Assembly (NCBI GenBank): GCA_964016885.1
Contig: OZ024741.1
Coordinates: forward strand, 176,824,001-176,888,000
Origin: Eledone cirrhosa
Taxonomy: Eukaryota
DNA: 64,000 nucleotides
Direction of reading: 5' to 3'
Under the pieces are notes generated by a model. That model saw nothing but the letters and a program-made list of their open reading frames with translations, did no database searches and was not told the origin of the DNA. The position numbers were made by a program, and so were the translations under genes. This document shows, piece by piece, positions 53,899 through 64,000 of this stretch (its first letter is position 1; every line of letters begins with the position of its first letter).

Positions 53899-55018
53899 AA
53901 TGTGCAGTTCTCTGGTTACAATCAGAGAGATAAAATCAGAGTATATAGGGGAGCCAGAACCAAATGGGAAAAAAATGGTAAATAATGATGCAAATGGGAC
54001 CTGCCCGTTGCATAGGAGCAAATTTTGTAATAGAATAGAAAGAACTAGGAATAAGCCTAATAGAGTAAACTCATGGTATGAGAGCAATAAATAGCAGAGT
54101 ATAATCTTCATCAATACAACCCCTTGGGGTGAATTAGCTTACAAATTTAGAAGAGCCCTAGATAAAAACAAACTTAATATTAAGATAGTAGAAATACCAG
54201 GTACCTCCATAAAAACACTTATTAGCAATACATACCCTTTTCAAAGACCTCCCTGTAAGAAATGTATAATCTGTAAACTAAGCCCGCATATTAACTGTAA
54301 AACTAGAAATGTAATATATAGCATAAGATGTACTGAAGGACAATGTAGAGATAAGAATATAGTGTACATAGGTGAGACAGCTCGTAGTATAGGAGAACGG
54401 TTAAATGAACACTGGCGAGAACTTCAAGATAAAAAAGAATCATCAATACTCCACCAACATGCTAAAATAGAACATAAGGGCAAATTAGAGAACATAGAAA
54501 TAAAAATAGAATCTACACACAGAAAAGACTCAATGTTTAGACAAATCACAGAGACAATAAACATAAATGAACTCCAACCAAAATTAAATAGGAAACATGA
54601 ATGGAATAACATCACAACTTACAATTAAGGAAAAAATGAAAACACACGCACACACATATGAGAAACAACCAAACAGGATCATGCAAATAAACAAATAAAT
54701 AAACAAATAAAAACACACACAGATACCCGGATGTAACACATGCGCAAACTAAGCACACAGCACGCACAAAAATAAGATGGCGTAGGACAGAACAAAGGAG
54801 AGGCACAAAACAAAGAAAAGTATCCCCAGTCACTGACGAGGTCACATAATGTGTGACGAAAGAACTTTAACAATATATGAACAACCGTCCGGTTACGGAA
54901 TCAACCAACCAACCGGAAATTTATAAATTCTTAAATTTACAATTTTAATTTATAATAAATTGGAGTGAAAGCAACTGGCGCGTGTGTTTCTTATTGGCAA
55001 CATGACACTCCCAAAGCA

Positions 55019-55025
<7 letters not shown>
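53897..55025 (+). mobile_element. Penelope-like element 3' fragment (GIY-YIG) plus pLTR
   Basis: One frame 53897-54628 with a single TAG at 54092-54094; NVIYSIRC..C..YIGETARSIGERLNEH..H. Paralogous to 50609-51835 and flanked by (TA)n. Confidence 0.88.
54828..54872 (+). ncRNA. Type I hammerhead motif in the pLTR (helix I weakened)
   Basis: aguca-CUGACGA-g gucaca..ugugac-GAAA-GaaC-UU-uaac. Confidence 0.7.
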
Positions 55026-55390
<365 letters not shown>

Positions 55391-55790
55391 TAATTCTGTT
55401 AACTATAACTTGCCTTTAGAAGGTAAGAGAATTTTCTGTCCTTTGTGAAGGTGGTTTTGAATCTATTTCTTCACTAGAAAATTATTTTGGTTTAAATGTG
55501 AAATTCCTTTCTCTATTTATAATGATTTCTGATTTAGGCATGGGTCTCACAATGTTTGGGAAGGGAAAATGTGATTAAATTGATTTCATTGCGTTACTGG
55601 TACTTTCTTTTATCGACACCGTCACGATGAATGGTAAAGCCAACCTCGGCGAAATTTGAACATAGAACGTAAACAAACTTTTTTTTCTGTAGATTGATAG
55701 ATAGATAGATAGATAGATACATAGATAGAGAGATAGAGAGATAGAGAGAGAGAGAAAGAGATAGAGAGAGTGAGAGAGAAAGAGAAGGAG

Positions 55791-55840
<50 letters not shown>

Positions 55841-56027
55841 CGAGAGAGAGAGATATATAGAGAGGGAGGGAGAGAGAGAGGGGGAGAGAGTGTGTGTGTG
55901 TGTCCGCGCACTATTGTGCGAAAAGATAAAGTTAATTTCAGGTTTTGTAAAGATAGTGGATAAAGACTTTCTACTTCTGTGCGGCGAATGTGTGTGTTTG
56001 TATGTCTACGTGGTGTTTCTTCTTCTT

Positions 56028-56062
<35 letters not shown>

Positions 56063-56853
56063 TAGGTTTTGTAAATAAACGCAAGAGAGAAGGTGAAATA
56101 AAAGCGCAAGTATATGTATAAATATAACGGAAATGAATCCTTTGGTTGGGTTAGATGTAAAATTTGTCAAACATTGTTCTTTCGCTGATTTGACGGAAAG
56201 AAAAAAAAGCAAAGCAGGGGAAGAGGAAAGGAAAGGAAAAAGTTTTGGAGTAGAGGTTTCCTTGGGGTTTATGAATTTTCCTTTGATCTGTAGTGTGTGT
56301 GTGTGAGCGTGGTGGTAAATCTAAAACTTTATACATAGATGTGTGATAATAGGTTACCCCCACTATTTATTGTTTAATGGGTGACAATTACATATTTAAT
56401 TCTGGTTTATATGTTTTGATGTATTCCTTTTCTTTCTTTATTCTCTATTGTTGAATAAAATAATCTGAGCATGTTACAATGTGAGTACTTTAGGGAAATT
56501 GACCTCTTCGCATCACGGATTTCTTGATGTATATGGTCATTGCTTTACGTAATAATACTCCCCTGTGTCCTGATTTTACAGATATCCACAGCATCTAATC
56601 ACATGGATCAGCTTTTCAGCGTTGTAGGTGAAATGTTCTAGATTGAGAATATTGCGATGTTCGGTAAATCTGATAAAACAATTTTATTGACATAAAAATC
56701 AAAACCAGTAACATTTCTCAAATTTCATATATATTTAATGTAACAATTATAAAAATATTTATCCTGACGGATTAAAGAAAAAAGATAATCTTTATATTTA
56801 TCCTGTGCTTTTTCACTTTTATTTTTGTTCTATATGCATACACACACACACAG

Positions 56854-56884
<31 letters not shown>

Positions 56885-57889
56885 AATATAAATTCAGCGA
56901 GAATCGTATATATATATATATATATTTAAATATCTACCTACATACTTATTTACGTACACACACGTGTTTATATACAGTCACACCCACACACATATATATA
57001 TAAGTTTGTTTTGAAACTATAAACCGAAGTTTAAAATAGAAATAGAAGCTTTCTCCGTATTGTTTGACTAAAGACATTTTAACCCGATAGTGGGGTTTTA
57101 AAATACAACCATAAGGCTAACATTTCTTTAATCAAACCATACGACGAAAGCTACTTCTATTTCATAAATATATATATGTATGCGCTAAATTCCAGCAGGA
57201 TGCTTTAACCGAAATAAATGAAGAACAAACGTTTCTTTTGTGCTCCAATCTATGATATTGGTATTTAAAGAAAATAGTTCACAAACATCCATGGAGCATG
57301 TGTAACGCATGTTATGAGAAAAAGGGTTTTCGATTCTCCATTCATAAGATACCAAAAATTGCACGCAAATAAACCGGGATTTTAAGGCACTGCCCAATTC
57401 TTAGCTGAAAGGTAAGAATCAAGTGGAATAATGTTTTGCGACATTGTCAAATTTACAACCGTACAAAAGCAAAGGATATAGCATTTGAAATCTAGGTAGA
57501 CCAAAGTAGTTGGTGGGGTTGTATATCAGAGGATTGTTTTCCTTGTGATTCGCGTCTAGTGAAGTTAGATGATTGTAGTCGGTGTTGTATCAATAACAAA
57601 TAAAAGCATACGGAAGACAGAACACATACGAATTAAATGAAAATCACGTTGATATTCCTATCGGAGCAACATGTGCCGAAAACCTTGACGGACTGTCGTG
57701 TAACTATTGAAATCGGAGAAATTGCGAATCCCGACCTCTAAGGTGTAATGGATAGGCCTTGGAGGAGAAGAGGAACATTTTTGTACAATTGTTTTGCTGA
57801 ACATGTTGACCATTTATTTAAATAGACTTACGTATCATCATAGTGCGGTTTTGTTGTTTATTACCTAGAATGAGAGCCGATTAAACGCG

Positions 57890-59680
57890 GCAGAAAAATA
57901 AGCCATGCTGATGATGTTTAGGGGCGTCGCAGGGAATAGATGCGGCGCTGTGAGACAATTGTGAGGACAGTGGAAGGCACGCTGATCGCTTGAAAAGACG
58001 CGATGCTACACAGGATTCTTCTCGGCCATAATTGACAGAAAGGCATGTCAGGAGAAATGAAATAGTTGCTATTCATCCTTTGCTTAGCATGATGAACATG
58101 TAATTAAAAAGATTTACCATGGACTATCGTGCACGTTGGTATTGTGTTTAGCCTGCGAAAATCGGTGGTCAAATGGGGCAACAATAAGCCATGCTGATGA
58201 CGTTTAAGCGGGTGGCAAGGAATTTATGCGGCTTGAATAGCCATGGGAGTCTTGAAGGAGCACGGCGGTCAGTCAAAAAAGGGCCGAGGAGGGAATGGTT
58301 ACTGACAGTGCATGGATGCGGCATCCTGTGGCATGATGATGCAATGGGACGACGGCCAGCAGGCAAGGAAGAGGGCAGGGGTGGGCGATGGCAAGGATGC
58401 CGCATGCTGAGCCAGGGCAGTCTTGAAGGAGCACTGCGGGCAGGCAAAAGAAGGCCGAGGAGGGGATGGCGGTTGACTGAACATTGATGTGGCATGGTGA
58501 TGCGTGACGATGCAGTGGGACGACGGCGTGCAGGGAACGGAGAGGGCAGGGGTTGACGGTGGCAGGGATGCGACTTGGTCCCTCAAGACTGCCATGTCTA
58601 GGCAGCAGTAAGGGTTGGGAGTGGATGGCGGATGACAAGGCAGGGATGCACCATGATGAGGCATGACGAAAGGGTCGGGTGCATGGCAGTTGATAGGGCT
58701 TGTTTGCGGCATGCCAATTGAGTTTCACCTTAATAATGTAGAGAGCACCGGGGGCACGGTGATTGTTTGAAAAAACCGGGTGCAAGGCAGGATGTTTATC
58801 GGCCATAAATGTTCGGTAGGCTTTGGAGGAGAAAGGGATGAATTTGTGTTTAATTGTGTTAAATATGGTCAAAATGGATCGTCTTTATGATCCCCTTCAT
58901 GGTCGGTGCTGTCTTTGGTCTGAGATAATGGGCGGTTATGTGCGGCGCAGGAATAAACCATGCTGATGACATTTGAGCAAGTTGCTGACAGGGCAGAAAT
59001 GCCGCATGGTGAACCATGGCAGTCGTGGGGGACCAAGGCGTGCGGGCAAGGGAGAGGGCAGGGGTCGACGGTGGCAGGGATGCGGCTTGGTTAGGCATGG
59101 CAGTCTTGAAGGAGCACGGCGGACAGGAAAAATAAAAGGCTGAGGAGGGTATGGTGGCTGACAGATCATGGATGCGGCATGGTGAGGCATAACGATGCAG
59201 TGGGTCGACGGCGTGCAGGCAAGGGAGATGGCTGGGATTGACGGTTGCAGGGATTCCGCATGGTGAGCCATGGCACTCGTGAAGGACCAGGGCGTGCGTG
59301 TAAGGGAGAGGGCAGGGGAGGGCTTGACGGCTGACAGAGCATGGATGTGGCATTGTAAGGCATGACGATGCAGTGGGACGGCGGCGTGCAGGGAAGGGAG
59401 AGGGCAGGGGTTGACGGGGCAGAGATGCGGCTTGGTCAGGCATGGAAGTCTTGAGCTCTCCTGGAGTGTAGGCAATGGAAATGGACAGTGGTGGACGGGG
59501 GCAGGGATACGGGATGTTGAGCCGTGGCAGTCCTTAGGGACCACGGAGGGTAGGCAATGGAAAGGGCCGGGGAATAAAGTGCGTCTGACAAGGCAGAGAT
59601 GCGCATGGTGATGCACAACGTTGCAGTGGGTCTACGGCGTGCAGGGAAGAGAGAGGCCATGGGTTGACGGATGCCTCATT
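57890..59680. repeat. GC-rich degenerate minisatellite, period about 172 bp
   Basis: GGCAGTCTTGAAGGAGCAC-like anchors at about 58245, 58417, 59099, 59273 and 59445; recurring GAGGGCAGGGGTTGACGG and GATGCAGTGGG. Confidence 0.8.
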
Positions 59681-59939
59681 ATGCTACAGTAATGGGACCA
59701 CGGGAATGAAGAGAGCGTATGGAGGCTCGATGATCCCTTGAGAAGACTGGGCGCAATAGAGGTTGATGCGCGGCAGTATAGTCTTGATAGTCCTTATATA
59801 AGAAAAGGAAGAATCGGCATAAAAGTTTTGCTGAATATGGTGAGCGTTAATTTAAAGAGACTTGCGGTGGATAATTCTGATAGATTGAACGTTTCTTGCA
59901 TGGCGGGAGTCGCGACAAATGGAAGCAAGAAGAATGGCG

Positions 59940-60340
59940 TTTTTCGGTGCCGAACTTTTGCCTCTGGGGGTCCGATTATCGACTTTTTGAAAAATTCAAG
60001 AAACCCACGTTCACCCACGCATCAAAATACATAACTACGTCAAATTTCAGTGGAATCGGACACATTTCGTAAATATCGATTTTTGCCTCTGGTGATCAAA
60101 ATACATACACACTTGCGTCGAGTTTCATCGAAATCGGACGATTTTTGAAAATATCAATTTTTGGCTTCTGGGGGCCCGATTATCGATTTTTCGAAACTTT
60201 CAAGTTGCCTATTCCAATCTAGGGGTTGAGTTTTATTTATGTGTCAAGTTTCATGAAAATCTGATGAGCGGTGTAGCCTGCAAGTTCCGGACACCAAACA
60301 AACAAACAACGCCCAACTTCACTTTATATATAAGATAAGA
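59940..60340 (-). mobile_element. Probable 5' end of a non-autonomous Helitron-type element; may extend down to about 57.5 kb
   Basis: Minus strand reads A|TCTTATCTTATATATAAAG, then (GTTT)n and ATTTTCATGAAACTT, then three subterminal repeats (TTTTGCCTCTGG). 3' end not located. Confidence 0.5.
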
Positions 60341-60445
60341 TATATATACATAAGTTAGCAAACATACAGCAGGCATACATAATGGTACATACACATACAT
60401 ATATACAAATATATACATAGATATACATATATGTGTACATACATA

Positions 60446-60504
<59 letters not shown>

Positions 60505-60586
60505 TGATAAGTTTGAAGACTAATCCAAAGAGGGCTCGATAAAGATAAATATATATCAAATATATAAAAACCGTAGAGCAAATATT

Positions 60587-60713
60587 TATTAAAATAACAG
60601 ATTAAACTTTAAGCAAAGAATCGCTGCTTTCACCCTTGTCGGGATATTCTGAAGATCCGGTTAAGGGTAAAAGCAGCGATCCTTTGCTTTAACTTTAATC
60701 TGTTATTTTAATA
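60587..60713. repeat. 127-bp imperfect palindrome; related copies at 60500-60600 and 60900-61070
   Basis: TATTAAAATAACAGATTAAA pairs with TTTAATCTGTTATTTTAATA. Confidence 0.75.
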
Positions 60714-60876
60714 TATATATATATACAAACAAAAACACACACGCACACACGCTCTCATGCATACACACGCACACACACATTCATGCGTACATATATATAC
60801 ACATACACACACACACATATATATGTATATATATTTAAAAAAACATATCCTTTGTGCTGCCTCTCTGTATATAGTA

Positions 60877-60907
<31 letters not shown>

Positions 60908-61074
60908 CAAATGTAAAGACTAACATCCGCAGAGGGCTCGATAAGAATAATATATATATAAAATAAATAAAGCCGTACAGCAAATATTTATTAAAATAAT
61001 AGTTTCAGAAGATCCCGTTAAGTTTGAAAGCAGCGATTCTTTGCTTAGACTTTAATCTGTTATTGTAATAAATA

Positions 61075-61112
<38 letters not shown>

Positions 61113-61123
61113 GGATATAATGA

Positions 61124-61216
<93 letters not shown>

Positions 61217-63712
61217 TGAAATAGAAATAGAAGTGACGCTTTAACATTGACTTTACAATATAGTCGATTAATGGGGCATATAAACCCGCAAAACGGTAAA
61301 ACATGGGTATTATCGCATATGTGAGTGTCCTGATACCCAGCAGTTCACTGCACTTATACACCCCATTATTAGACTATATTATGTAGGAAATTATATTTCT
61401 ATAATTTCGCTCGTCGTGTGTGTTTGTACTGAACAAGATATATAAGTCATGGTCAAGTAATAAATGGTCATAAAAATACAATGAATCTGTAACTTCTACG
61501 AATGTTTCTAGGAGAATATTCAAACAGTGTCTTCGTCGTTTGGCTTATTTCTGACACTAAACAATTGTTCTGTTATTTTCAAACTTGGAAATTCACTTTG
61601 ATCTGCAGCAATAAGAAATTTCAAACGAGTTGTCTACGTTAAGTCCTACATATTTACGCAGGGCACGTATAGAACGCTAGCTTACAATTACAGAAGGTTT
61701 CAGTTGATATTAAGATGAATGTCTATTAAGAATTGTTTGATTTTCAAATAAAGGCATCCACATATCAACTTTCCACCTGCGTTTTCACTTTCTAAGAAAT
61801 GTCTTTCGATATCTTAGCATCGAGTATGCTGTATAAATCATGTATTCTAAACAGTTGGACGAAGAGTGTTGCATTATTGCTTTAGAAAATATGACATTCG
61901 GAACTTTGGTCTTCAAAAAATAATGTATGACGATGTACTAGAATACTTGACATATGTCTAGCTCTTACCGTTCCTTTACTGTTCCAAGACTTAAAAGACT
62001 CATCAATATTACACTATGATGTGTGAACTTCGACAGAAATAGCAATAAAACAGATTTTATTCATACAGAATTACGGAGAGAAATATAAGATGGGAGAATC
62101 GTGCAATACAGTGTAAACAGTGCCTTCAACATTAGTGACACGAAATATATAAAGAGTTCAACAATAGGATCACTCTCATATTGAGCGTGAGTGAACGCAT
62201 CAAAGTGGCAAATTGCTGATGAATGTTTACAACAGTACAATAATGAGAGAACATAAAGTGTTCAAAATCAAACGACAAATTGTTGATTGATTTATAGTCT
62301 CATTAGTTGGAGTCTTAACAACATTTATAATCTACATACCAATCAATAGTCATACGTTGAGATAGGGAGTATGACTCAAAGATTAGAATCTAACAACAAA
62401 AAATAAATTCAGATATTTGATATCCTTTACAGTTTCAGTGTAAATATTTGAATTAATTTAATTGATGCAATCATAGTACTAGTTTGTATTGCTTGATGAT
62501 GCGTTGCAATCTAAATAAAGAAAATAATTATTTATTAAAAATTGCATGCATGGTCACGTAATTCGTGGGGTAGTCGTATTGATATACGTCATTTCTAGGG
62601 CATTTTAAAACCTGGGGGAGCTCAATCCTCTCCGCGTCTAAATATATCAGATTTATTCCAGAGAAGGAAGGGGAGGCAGAGAATGGAATTGAGAAAGAGA
62701 TATAGAGGAAGAATTGACCCCAGTACTAGACTAGAACTTATTTTTATCGACCTCGCATGGATGAATGTCAACGTTAATATCGGCGTGATTTGAACGCAGA
62801 GTGCAGAGAATCGAAACAAATACGCAACATGTTCTATCCAACGTTCTAATTATTGTCAAGGCGCAGCCTTATTTATTAATATGCAAACCCATTTTCATTA
62901 AAGGAAAATGCTATGGTCCAGCACACCTCAGACAAATGTTTTTGAATTTAAAACATTCCTATATTTCGAATGATTCTTATAATCAACATCTTCGTCTTAT
63001 TCGTATATCGGTGAGTGCCTGGAGGGCAGACACCTCCTACACGCACTACAAAGGGTCCTTTCGGAAGCAAGTCCTTCGAAATGATCCAGTTGGATCCACA
63101 AGTGAGACTAATGGAACATATGTGTTTTATGCAAACTTTGTGTATGTGTTTTTATGTTGATTTTTAATTTAGGCAGAAGACGAATAATTGAGTGGGTGGG
63201 ATCTATTCGATCTCCCCCATTTTGTACACAACTGTTATTTTACTCGCCTCGCCTCCAGAAAGATGAACGAAATCTTAAAACTGAGATTTGACATCAAAAG
63301 CTAAAATGTCATAAAAATTCCGTGAATTATTATTTTTGATGCCCTAACGCATCTTTCAAATCCATCCACTAACCTCTCCCCCTCTCGCTCGCTCTCTCTC
63401 TCTTCCTTTCTATCTCTCTCTCTCTATATATATATATATTTATATATCATTCTCTCTCTCTCTTTCCTAATTTTATATATACATATAAATACGCATCAAA
63501 ATCTGAGGAATAGGATATACAAGCCCCGTAATTGGGAGGATTACAGTCCTGACCAAGCGTGCCTTAAAGTAATTTTGAAGACGTGTATCTGATACTATGT
63601 ATTAAAACCCACACATATACACACACACAAGCACATACATATATGTAAATGCGTATATGTACATATATATTCATATATATGTATAATATATATATATGTA
63701 TATAATATATAT

Positions 63713-63772
<60 letters not shown>

Positions 63773-63844
63773 TAAATAAATGAATGAATAAATGAATGAA
63801 TAAATAAATAAATATATATATATATTTATTTATTTATGCATATG

Positions 63845-63891
<47 letters not shown>

Positions 63892-63913
63892 ATGTATGTT
63901 TGTATGTGGTGTA

Positions 63914-63947
<34 letters not shown>

Positions 63948-64000
63948 TGTATTAGCCTGTAGATGAAAGCAGGATTCAAAGTGAGTAAACAGAAATAATA

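Noticed and set aside
58169-59660. Overlapping Pro/His/Cys-rich ORFs
   Set aside because: Expected from a GC-rich degenerate repeat; no consistent frame or domain.

Overview
Eukaryotic, AT-rich, repeat-saturated DNA. I found no convincing host protein-coding gene. The SINE family, retroelement mix and (TA)n load suggest an octopod cephalopod (inference, not verified). Almost all real coding signal is decayed transposon. Positions 1-13.2 kb are a stack of three R4/Dong-type (restriction-like endonuclease) LINE copies and one near-full-length Tx1/L1-clade LINE, with (TAA/ATT)n at every internal junction. The rest holds about 20 copies of a tRNA-derived SINE, a Chapaev3-like and a Tigger-like DNA transposon, two RTE LINEs, several Penelope-like element (PLE) remnants and probable Helitron remnants. 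One RTE copy has a twin-priming-like 5' inversion and sits inside a SINE. The main signal not shown by the ORF track is at least 12 type I hammerhead ribozyme (HHR) motifs, read by eye. They lie in PLE pseudo-LTRs and in ORF-less 317-557 bp tandem, inverted or palindromic units resembling retrozymes. All family assignments come from motif recognition only; no search was run.
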